From contig RSEE01000045.1 in the NCBI GenBank assembly GCA_003971905.1, positions 1 to 64,000 on the forward strand: 64,000 nt of DNA. The letters run 5' to 3'. The notes under the pieces are model-generated. The model had not been told where the DNA came from. It saw nothing but the letters and a program-made list of their open reading frames with translations, and made no database searches. Position 1 is the stretch's first letter. Every line of letters begins with the position of its first letter. The position numbers and the translations under genes are program-made. Positions 39,469 through 50,715 of this stretch are shown here, piece by piece. The stretch is from Moniliella sp. 'wahieum'. Lineage: Eukaryota.

Positions 39469-39534
39469 CCACGCTCGAATCCAGTCGAGGACCCACGCTC
39501 GAATCCAGTCGAGGACCCACGCTCGAATCCAGTC
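39469..39534. repeat. 24-bp tandem repeat, about 2.8 copies
   Basis: Unit ccacgctcgaatccagtcgaggac repeated; reads PRSNPVED in one frame. Confidence 0.92.
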
Positions 39535-40546
39535 CCGACCCAGTTCCAGCTGTAGCAGTTTGGTTCTCCGCTGCCACACACCCAGTCTCTGTGAGCCCCG
39601 AAGGCTTCAGACACGTTACTACGGCCCAGGCCGGTGCGGGCAACCTTGCGGCCTTCGCAATCGCTGAGGCCACTCCTTGTCCCTAGTCCCTCTCGGATCC
39701 ACCACACTGGAAGCAGTCGACCGGGGAGCCTTGGAACTCTATAAGAGATTGTACCCCTAACCCCCCGGCTGGGCCGAAGCAGTTGACAGGGCCCTCCCAT
39801 GACCCAAACGGATTAACGCGGGCATGATACCCAGATAGGTAGGAGAATGGCTCTCGTCTTGAGAGAGATCCACATACGTTGTAATGAGCCAGGCCGGAGA
39901 GGCTACCGTCCCGGCTTCATACGTTGACGCTTTGCCTCTGGGATTCACAACGGCGAGTCAGAAGAGCAGGCCCTCGTAGTATGAGGATCTAAGTAGACTA
40001 TACAGATATTTACATTGTGCGCACCTTCCTCCTCGATTCCGCAGTGGCAGGTGCCTACGAAAGGCGTGTGCTGAATGAGGTGGAGAATAGGGGGTGTGGT
40101 ACTGTGAGGAGAGGTACAGGAGGCTATATATGAGAAGGGTAGAGCCTTATATTGCCGATGAGGGTACCGGGGAGCAGAGGGAACGTTGGGCGGATAAGAA
40201 GAGATGTGATGCCTATATTATCACGCAGGATGGCGTTTTGGGGTCATCGCCCCAACAGCTCCATCACGACCGGGTAGGGACGAGGCGAAGAAGAAGAATG
40301 GGCACCGGCAGGGGATGCCGCGGTCCGAGCAGAGTGTAACCCAGTCCTCATTCCTGGATCGACTTCTTTTCTCTTCTCTCGCGCTTCCCTTTTGCCATAT
40401 ATGTGGTCTGTGTTTCTCCGCCCCCGGAACAATCATCTACAAGGACGACGTGCATGTATAGTCTCACACCACTGCTACAAAACAAATATACGGCAGAAGC
40501 CTCTACAACCCCACTTAAGTGCTTGTCTCAGTTTAAGCATGTCCTG

Positions 40547-40578
40547 TGTGACATGTGACATGTGACATGTGACATGTG
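40547..40578. repeat. (TGTGACA)4.5 palindromic heptamer array
   Basis: tgtgacatgtgacatgtgacatgtgacatgtg read directly. Confidence 0.95.
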
Positions 40579-41833
40579 GCGCTCGGTTCTATATCGTGCG
40601 AACAGGGCCAAGGAATGAGGCTTACGTTCAAGCTGTTTAAAACCCCTAAGACTCCCTACTAAGTACTAAGGCCTAAGGCCCGATGCTGATTTGAGGAGAA
40701 ACGGTAGATTGTGGCAAAATTGTGGTTCGCGCGGGGATAAAAGAGTGAGAAACCTTAATTGAGACATTTATACCCGGAATGAAAGTAAAAGTGGAAGAGC
40801 GAGAAGAGGAAGGCACGAAGCGCGAGGCGCAGATGACTGTGTTGGAGTGTTGGAGGAAGGATGCAGCGAGGACGGGTTCAGATAAGGGAAAATGCCATGC
40901 AGAAGTGGGGCGGGGAAACCATCAAGTGAGTCATGCGTGACGTGTATGACATGGGGAGCTCAACTTCAAAGTCTGTGTGGTTCCAATAAGGAAAGTTCTG
41001 GCAACATGCCACCAGAGTTGGACAACATTCCTCTGATAGCGCTTCTCCTCTGGGGCCTCAGGGCCTTAGGCCTCTTCACTACAACACACAACCCCCCAAA
41101 AGGTTGTTTCAATCTTAGCATGTATCCATTCAAAAGAACTCTGTGAAGATCTTTTTAGAAGCCGAGAGAATAGAAAAGAGCATTGAGGACTGTGTTCGTC
41201 ATATTGCAGTTCATGTACCCTATACATGCCAAAGGTAGCCAGCGTATACTCAGGGGCAATCCTTTGGCCTTATCTGTATCTCTCTCTCACTTATCTATAT
41301 AGCCTCCTGTAGCATGGCCATCGGTGATCGATGACGGTCACTGACCGCCACAGGCCCACACACATGCACAAAAACCTCAGATGTCAGTGTTTACCCTCTA
41401 TATAGATCTCTCACAGTTTAGACGCATCCGTCACTAGCTTCACTCCATAATCGGCACAAGCAGTACTTACGCACTATGTCCGCCAGACGTACATACATAT
41501 TTTGTGTTGTGTCCCGTGAGATTTTAGACCTTAGATATGTGGAAGGTCGGCTGGCTTCTGTTGTGTTATGAGCGCAGAACATGGCATTGTTGTCGTCTTA
41601 CCTGCCTGCCACTGCACAATTGAACAGGCGAGGCAGGTGGCACACTGCCCCGTGCGAAGGTGGCGGAGCACGGGCAAATGCGTGATTATATACAAGCAAT
41701 AATAGTCTTGTCTCGTTATTTTCGCTTTATATTCCAGCGGGGTCCCGCACGGACATTGCTGTGCTTGCCGCCCTCCCACCCCCCCGTGCAGCAGACCACC
41801 GCTGGTGTTGATGCGAATGCCACTGCGCTCAAC

Positions 41834-44100
41834 ATGTCAACTGCCACCATCGCCACCGCCACCCTACTCGCCCAGTTCCCTCACCCCCACGGCGGCCTCG
41901 TCCCTCCAACACCGTCGACTAGTAATACTAGTACACCTGCCGGTACACCCAACCCTGGCACGCGTCCCGCTCATCGGCAGAGCGCTACGTCTCTGGCACG
42001 TATGAGTCCCCAAGCTCCCACACACCAAACAGTAGCCTCGCCGACTCGGCCATCATCCATCTTGCCCTGCTTGGGACGAGAGCAGCTTGGATCTGGCCTC
42101 ATCCCAATCGCTTTCTGCTCCGTTGGAACCGCCACAGCGCATCCCCGAAGAGCCCAACATGCGCTCCCCCCTCACGTCATCCGAAAAAAGCACACACCAA
42201 AAACAACATCCATTTCGCGAGGGATGAGGGGGATGTTTGAACGCAACAGCCGCTTGGTCGCTGCTGATGTGGCCGCCCAATTAGCCAAGCTTGACCTGAC
42301 GGATCCTCGTATCCTTGCTTTGATCACCCCCTCCCTTGCCCCGCTCAACAAGACGAGGGAGAAAAGCTGCCTCAGCCATTTGATGCGCCTCCTTCCGCCT
42401 GGCAGAGTCACGCGGCTCGTTCGTTGCCCGTCGCCAGTCCTTGGCGTCCCTCCGATTCTGAGGTGAACCCACATGGGAGACATGGCTTTAATAAGCAATC
42501 ATATGAGGCCCAGGACGGCAACACTACCGCCTCTACCAATTCTGAAATGGAGGCACTGCGAGCTCAAGTCCAGCACTTACAAAATGCGCTCAAGCAGAGA
42601 GAGTCGATTGATCTATCAACCTCGGTCTCTTCAGCACACCCTCACGCCCCCTCTCTTTGGTCGTCCATTCATCGACTGCGCCTGATCAGCCTCTCCCCCT
42701 ACCCCGATCAGAACGCTGCAGCACTCTGTGGCCACGCATGGAAGATCAAGCCAGCGGTGTGTCCACGAAAATGGCGAGGGTTCAAAGATCAAACACCATC
42801 CTGGCGGTCGAACGGGACGTCCACTTCTTCCTCAGCAGTAGTGGGATCCAGTGCTATGGATGGTTTTCAACCCCCCACGGCAAGTTCCAATTGGTACGGC
42901 AAAGGAAAAGGTGAGCGGAAACGCCCTCCACGCCTGAACATTGCGCCGTACCACGGTGAGCCAGAGACACATCGGAACACCGCCCTTTCCTCCTCCAAGA
43001 AGGATACATCGAGTTCCCTCAACATCCCGAAGAGTCCCAAATTTGCTTTACGTGCCTCGGATCAGCGCTCTACTGCTCTCGGTTCTATCAACGAAGATGA
43101 TAGGCAGCGGGACGGAGAAGATCAGGTACCAAAGGGGTACCATGCACAGCCCAGATCAACGGGACTACCATCGTGGCCTCCGTCGCCGTCTGGACCTTGG
43201 CCACTTCATAGTCAGATGGACGATACGTACAGTAGTGTGGGAGGGCTGGACGAAGCGACGACTGTCATGGCGGAGCACGCTTCAAGTACGGGCCACTCTT
43301 CTTTTCACGAAGAACGCTTCAATGAACTTACCGGAAAGATTGGTTCGTTTACATTTCCCCTCCCAACACTTTCATTTGAAGACTGAAAAGATACTAACTT
43401 GTTGATGCATTCTCCTTTCCGATAGCTGCTTTGGAGGCAATGCTTGCTGCTCAGGCGCAGTACCAACAGCCAACGAAAACCAACGCGGGTATGTTTTTAC
43501 CCGCGTATCCCCCAAACCCCTCGGCCGATTCTACCAACGGGTTTATGATGGGCGACACGTCGATGCAAGACTTGCAAATGCAAGCCCAGATGGAAGCGTT
43601 GGAAATGCAGTTGAACCTGTTGCGAGCTAAGCAACAATTTAAGAAGCAGCAAAAATCGTCCCAGCAACAAATCGGAAGCATTTATCAGCACCCCCACCTT
43701 CGCTATGATCTGGACTTGAGCTCACGTCTATCTACTTCAACGCAACCTTCAAGCTATGGCCCGCCACACGACCGATGTCCATCCCACCGTTTTTTTCGGA
43801 GCAATAAAACGCAGACACACCAGCTGCAGCCTGTCCGCCTTGGTGTGCACCTCGACACGGGGATGAGAGCCATGAACCAAGTTGTATTGCGCGCGAGCTG
43901 CGTTCGCTCGGTGGAACTAAAGCGGAGGATTGGGCCAAGGGAAGTGGCTCCAACACGACTCTGGACCGGAGAGCTGCACCTCCCTCCGACAAGAGCTCTT
44001 CCCACGGATCAAGTACGCACCATCGTAGAGGTCTGACCGCGGCCCTGCGGGATCGGATGGGTTAACACATCGCGCCAAAGTTCGAGCAGCGACCGTGTTG
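41834..44100 (+). CDS. Hypothetical low-complexity protein, fragmented by frameshifts; probable intron near 43344-43425
   Basis: Successive ORFs 41660-42466, 42424-43386 and 43431-44036 with coiled-coil-like segments (EMEALRAQVQHLQNAL, QAQMEALEMQLNLL). 3' end uncertain. Confidence 0.5.
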
Positions 44101-44878
44101 CCATTCCTTATTCTTTCGATGCTGAGGACAGTAACTTACCAACAAGTAAGGCGAAAAAAGAAGAGACCAACAAGCGCATTACCCGTCTCTTTCGGTCTAC
44201 CGTCACAGCTCGACGGGCGGACTATCAGGATGCCCCTCGTCTTGTTTACCCAGATCGTAACCTAAAATTCAAACAGGGTCCGGGACGGGGGCGATTGTAC
44301 GTCCAGAACTCGTCGGCGGGACGTCCTCCCTATCCAACCTAGGTGCCTCTATCTCTACCAGACGACGAAACCACACACACTTTTTTGTTTTGGATTTTTC
44401 TCCCAACTCCTGCACTCTCCTTTTGCTTCTACTATTCCTCGTTTGCTTCTTCATTGGAAGCACGATCTTCTCTCCAACTCTTCGAAACCGTCTTTCTGAT
44501 CCCCCCTGAGCGAGATTTCCCGGACTTCCTTCCGCTGTATCCTCCAACACACCTTCTTGAAGTAGCTTTAATACATCAGGCTTGGCCCTTCGCGGAAGAC
44601 ATCGATAACCGCCCATAAAAGATTATGAGCTTCATATCATGCATGTTATGTCGATTGTTTTGTGAGCACGACTGTCAGAAAAAACTACTAGAACGCCTCT
44701 TGCCAGGATATATCCAATCATATGCATGACCAACAACATCTACAGAGGTTTGTGTGTTGACTATGTGAATCATGCGAATGACAAAGACAGATCAGCATGT
44801 TTCATCATCATCATTGATATATAGGGGGGGGAGGGTATTGGAAACCAGAAGCTTGCACTACTGCGGTGAGAGCTTAGT

Positions 44879-46023
44879 TTACTTGTCCACATCGAGGACG
44901 ATGCGGCCAGCAAGCTTGCCTTCGTGCATCTCGGCATAGACCTCGTTCAGCTGGGAGAGACCACGGGTGTGGTAAATGACACGGACCTTGCCCCGCTCGG
45001 CGAGACGGAGGGCCTCGATGGCATCCTCCCGGTTGCCCACAATGGAGCCAACGATGCGCTTGGCCGTGACAGTTGTATCAAACACGTCGGCCTTGATGAA
45101 CGTGCCGGGAGGCATACCGACAGCGACCAGGGTACCACGTGGGCGGAGGTAGGCCAGTCCTTGGGTGTACGCCGCCTCGGATGCGGCGGCCACTACGGCG
45201 GCGTGGGCACCAAGTCCACCGGTGATCGCCTTGACTTCCGCAACAATGTCTTTGCACTCGCGGAAGTCGATCCAAGCGTCAGCCCCGAGCTGCTCCACCA
45301 GCGCTTTCTTCTCAGCGCCCGTGTCGATGCCAATCACACGGTAGCCCATCGCCGCGCGTATTGTACGCCCAAGTGGCCCAGTCCACCACCGGCGCCGGGA
45401 AGGACCACCCAGTCCCCCACCGACAGCTTGGCCTCCAGCAGGGCACGGTAGATTGTCACGCCAGCGCATAGAATTGGGCGGCATCAATGAGCGGGAGCGC
45501 ATCGGGGATGGGCGTGACGTACTTGGCAGGCGCCACGACGTATTGCTGGAACGTGCCATCGACAGTGTACCCGAGTTCTCAAGGTGAATGCAGTTCGGCT
45601 CGAAGCCCACGCGGCAGTACTCGCAGTTGAGGCACGCCGAGGCGACCCACTTGATACCCACACGAGCACCCTTTTGGATCCACTCGTCCGAGCCCGTGCC
45701 AAGTTTGACCACCACACCTGCACCCTCGTGGCCGCCAACCAGCGGCTCTCCTGTCGCTTCGAGTTTGGTAGGCAAGGGCCAGTCGCCGAGCATGGCATGC
45801 AAGTCACTAATAACCACGTCAGCTCGAATTCCTGATAGGACCTGAGGAAAAGACGTACGTGTGGCAGACACCAGTGTAGGTAATGCGGACGAGCACCTCG
45901 CCAGGCTTGAGCTCAACTTGGCTCGGGTCGTATGTGACGAACTTGATCGGGCCACCGACTTTGTCAAGACGGCCTTGGTGGCCGTGGTAGGCACCTCGAG
46001 TTGTTGTTCCGAATGTCGGTCAT
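44879..46023 (-). CDS. ADH: Zinc-dependent alcohol dehydrogenase (MDR family); intron 45807-45858; several indel frameshifts
   Basis: [36 protein letters not shown], structural Zn motif [50 protein letters not shown]-like element lies at 46120-46128. Confidence 0.92.
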
Positions 46024-47354
46024 AGGGAGATAGGTTGGAGAGGCGGAGGAACGGTTGCAGAGAAAGATGGGGAAGCAAAGCTGCTGGGGAGAAGAGTAAC
46101 GATCTACAAAAACACCGCGATATATATAGCCCCGTACAGTTGAGCCCGCACCTACAACCGAGCTCATCATGATGCATGACAGCCGATCCATGGCAGGTCC
46201 GTGCGTCTGCACGGCCCATTTCCACTGGCGAGGGCTGACACGCGACAGCGCCAACCAAACCGAATCTCACCCTGAGAGCGCAGCTGCCTTCATGCTTCAG
46301 CCCGCAAAAGTGAGTCGGGGAAGAAGGATATCCGGACTGAAGATTGAAGCACAATGAGGATTTAATGAGGGGGGGCTCCGCGAGGAGAGTGGTCCAAGAT
46401 GGCGTGGCTGAACAGGTGCTCAAATTGGCGGTGGTTTGTGCCTCCGCCAAATCTCTGCTCTTCAGGCGTTTTGGCAGAGGCGTGAATGTTAGGGGGGCAG
46501 GCACGGGGGACGATCGGCCTGATCACTCACTACAACATCCGCGCTCAGCCTCAGAGGGCAACGTGGTGCGCTCATATCCCAGCAGTAAGCCAATCATCAT
46601 GTAATCATGCCCTGGACTCATATCTCTGGCCTCTGGCCTCTGATCCAAACTATCGATCCGTAGGGGCTCATATCTCGCGCGACTACGATGGCGGCTAGCG
46701 CTTCGTTGCACTTGCTCCAGTCCCTGCGCCCACTTGCGCCCACACCAAGACCTGTGAGGCGTAGCGCGTAGGAGGGCGTAGGCCTAACGTCACATGGTGC
46801 GCCCAGCTTGAACGCTCAGCGCTCAGGCTCTCAGCGCCGATATACCACTGGCGGCGCAGGGCGGTTGTGGCGCAGACAGATGGTGGCGATGGTGATGAAT
46901 TAGACCATGGAGCCAAATCCCATACACTCGAGAGCCCCCGTGCGCCACAGTGCATATTTTATCCACGCTGCATTTGATTCGACTCGAAGAGTGGCTTCAT
47001 GTTGCGCAGCGCTTTTTTTACGCCGGCATCATTAAACTGATGGCAGCCCTGGAAGTGTGATGTGATGCATGTGATGTCCGACATGTGTCCTCTGGGCCCA
47101 GGGCTCGCTGCGGTCTGCTATCCAACTCTTCAGCCACAGTGCTGCTTTCTGCGCTTGCTTCAGCTTCAGCAGCTTCAGTAGCTTCAGCTTGGGCACCTAG
47201 CCAAGCTTAGCTACCATCGGCCATTCAAGAGTGGGTCAAGCATTATGGTACTGGGCAACTTGTGCGCTTCCCGCCTTTCCTTGTTTCCTTGGGCTTTTCC
47301 ACTGGGGCACACGAGTCTTAAACGTTACAAACGGGAGCCCTAAAGCTTAAAGTA

Positions 47355-47394
47355 AGTGACTAGTGACTAGTGACGTCACCAGTCACTAGTCACT
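47355..47394. repeat. 40-bp near-perfect palindrome built from ACTAGTG units, centred on TGACGTCA
   Basis: agtgactagtgactagtgac|gtcaccagtcactagtcact: 19 of 20 positions pair, with no loop. Confidence 0.92.
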
Positions 47395-48065
47395 AGCCTA
47401 CGTTCCGCTGCATACGCGTGTGCCCCTGTAACTCATCCAGTTCCGCCCCGTTCCTCTCCGCTTCCGTCGAGCGCTTCATGCTTCAAGCCGGCCAGGCACC
47501 TGTGCATTCGGAATCGGCAGGACTTTCTCAGGAGTACACGGCCATGCCATCCAGGTCATCTTTAGCTCTTCTCTGGTGTGTATACGCGTACGCCTGGGTT
47601 GACCAGTAGCCTCCGATGTGTGAAAGCCCCAAGATCATGCATCACCATCACCAACCAACCAACCACACTCAATGCATGGTCGATGATTGATGATTGATGA
47701 TCGATGATCGATGATCTGAGACGCTGCGATGGCTCCCAGGCAACACTGGGCTGGGCCATGGCACGGTCGCGTGTGCCTTGGTGGCGGGGGGCACTGTGTG
47801 GGGTTGCGGGCCATGACGTGCGTGCTGCTCCGGATCGCCTGCGCTGGCACAGGCGTCGCGCTGCGCTGCGCATTCCGTGTTTTGGGAGCAGCCGTCGTTC
47901 CAAGCCAGCCCCCGCGACCACTGCGCTCGCCCAGCACGACCCCCACCCCCCCCGCCCCCGCCGTCTGCTCCATGCTCAGTTTTTCCTCCTCCTCCTTCCT
48001 CCTCCTCCTCTCCCCCCGCTCTCGCCCGCCACCTGCGAGGCCTGGGCCGCACCTCGCACCACCAC

Positions 48066-49673
48066 ATGTCTGCCTCTGCCATGCGCACCACCCTCCACCC
48101 GCTGCTCACCATGACCGCCGCCAGCACCCCGAACCCGCGTCACCCAGGCCCAGTCGAATGCCCGCCCGACTCGTCCACCGCCCCATCGCTCGACCGTCTG
48201 GCGCGACGAGTCCCGCTACCTCCAGCGGAAGAAGACGAGATGAGCAGCGAGGGTATGGATGATGAACGCAAGCATGGCGTTGAACGTGACACTTCGGTCC
48301 CCCATCTACTTGGTCCACGCCCCCAGACTACCCCGTCCATTGTTTCTTCTGAGCGACACCCACCTGCGAGTGCGCGCGCGCACCCTCAGGCCCAGTCACA
48401 GGGGCACGGTGACAATGATCAGCATCTGTCCTCTTGCTCCCACGGACAGGGTCCTGTCGTTACACCCAAGCACCACGTGGCGTGGTACAAAGTCCAGTCC
48501 ATGAGCCTCCGTTGGCCAACGACCCGCCCGTGGCAGAACAAGTTTCGGACCCATCGTTGCCTCGGCCGGCATGCTCCATTTGTGGGGAAACGCCCGAGGC
48601 GTATGGTCTGCTCCAAAACTGTGATCACCCCTTCTGTGTCTCCTGTCTGAGCCAATGGCGACAGCAGGGCACCACATCAGATCTGGACGAGCTCACTAGC
48701 AACTTCAAGTGCTGCCCCATGTGTCGCACGCCATCCCTTCTCTGCATCCGATCCCCCGACTTTGTCACAGACGATGCCAAGAAGGCCCAGATCGATGCGG
48801 TCATGGCACCCAAAAAGGGAATCCCTTGCCGCTACTTTTCAAATCACTGCGTACATCTCAAGGCCCGTTTTGCCCCTTTGGCGACGACTGCTTTTATCTC
48901 CACAAGATGGGGCCCGGACAGTTTCGGTTTGGGCTGGACGCTGAACAGATGCAGGCCAAATCTTCAGCCCGACGGAGAGTGGCAGCCCACCGTTCCTACC
49001 CCCCTTCTGAGGATGAGGGATCGGACTGAATCAGTGTCATCCCACAATTCTTCCTCTGTTTCCGCTCGGACAGCACCTCGACGCTCGGGCTCGATTGGAC
49101 GCGCACGTACTCGGTTTGGTGGATCGGGTCTCGGATTGACGCCGTTGACCCCGACGCCTCCGCTCTCTCCGAACGGGTCGTCACGGGCATCTCCTGTACC
49201 GGGCCAGGTGCCTTCCCGTCGGAGTGCTTCCTTTGGTGCATTGACAGCCGTGGTGCCCACTCCCAATGCCTGTTCTCCTTCCCCCCTCTGTCTCGAACAA
49301 GACCGAACGCCGTGGATCGATTGCTGCAGCTGCAGCGGCGGCCCGACGACAGCGGGAGGCACGGGCAGCCTCCATGTCGGCTGGTGGGAGCCGCGCGGTC
49401 GTTTCGGGACTGACACCTGCCTCGCCTCTGGGAGCGATGGGGCTCGGAAGCCATGCGTTGGCGTACCGACGAAGCTCCTTGTCCGCTGCTGCGGCGGCAG
49501 CAGCCAATGCCACTGCCGCCCGCACAGATTCGGTCAAGGACCCCCGTGCGATGGTGCGTAGTTTGCGACTTGACTGTTCCGAGTTGTCGGCGCCGCTGTC
49601 GTCGGCGATTGATTCCGAGTCGGACTGCTCCCGACCTACGTCCCCCTTTGCTCCTGCTGTCCAGACCGCCTAA
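48066..49673 (+). CDS. Makorin-like RING-HC/C3H zinc-finger E3 ligase, frameshifted
   Basis: CSICGE...YGLLQNCDHPFCVSCLSQWR...CPMCRTPS followed by IPCRYF...CPFGDDCFYLH, the makorin RING plus C-terminal C3H arrangement. Ends approximate. Confidence 0.75.
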
Positions 49674-50715
49674 TGCGGGGGAAATATGGTGGATGCCACG
49701 AATCGTGTTAGGATCTTGCGAGCCCCTTTTCTCCCCTATATACCCTATGGTCAGGCCAGTGCTTCGGGGGGAGGCGTGGTGGTTGGTACCGCGGACGCCT
49801 TGGTGAACGGTTGGAGAGACCAACCTTTGCTGCACTCTGCATCCTCAGCGCTCATTGCTCATTGCTCATTTCTCATTATCGATTATCCATGCCTCATATG
49901 TTGCAGGTTATCTATATTCAGCTTACTGGCATCCTGCATGATGATTTGGAAGAGTGTGTAATGGTGCTCCTACTGGGCCTCCGACTGATGTGGACGCCAA
50001 CGATGTACAATCCATCAGCAATCTGGCCATGGCGTGCAATCTCTCGAGCGACGGGTTTGTCGCCAACAATCCGGTGGAACGTAGTGGACATAATGACGAT
50101 CAGGGGGGGCGGTGCTACGGTGTGTTCGACCAGTATGTAATAGTACTGTAGTAGTATGCGATTGCTTTTGTGCAGACATGAAAGGGGACAATACGACGTG
50201 GTGGCTCGCATGCATGGAGGCCTCAGTAGGAGAAAGAAAACTGGCAGATTGAAAGATGCGTAGCACAGGCGAACGTACACCGGAATCGTTGAACTCCGAC
50301 CGTTGATGGTACGATGATACTTGACGACGTTGACAAGAGGCGCAACTAACTAAGCGCTGTGATTATTAGCGAGAAGTGGGGATAGACCAGATCGTTATCC
50401 TTGCCACATCGCCGGCCAAGAGACAGCGAGTGAAGGTATTTCAATCAGGGTCGATTCCTCTGGTTTGGACGAAGGCATCGTTGCGACTAAGGCATCATGG
50501 TCCTGCACAGCAAAACAGTGAATACAGTCAGTAAACCGCTTCGTGCAACCCCCAAATGCAAAAAGAAACAGAGAAAAGCGGACTTGGACATATCATTAAC
50601 GTACAAGGATCGTCTGATCGTATTCGCGCAATGCTTGGGTTGCGTACGGTTGCACAGTCTCCGATCAATCCCCGTCTCCTCCACCTCGTCCAGACCAGTG
50701 AAGTCTACCCAAGAA

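Noticed and set aside
39469..39534. CRISPR-like array
   Set aside because: Head-to-tail repeats without spacers, in a eukaryotic genome.
46024..46504. Long N-terminal extension of ADH in the ORF track
   Set aside because: Frame fusion across frameshifts and the promoter; it contains the TATA-like element at 46120-46128.
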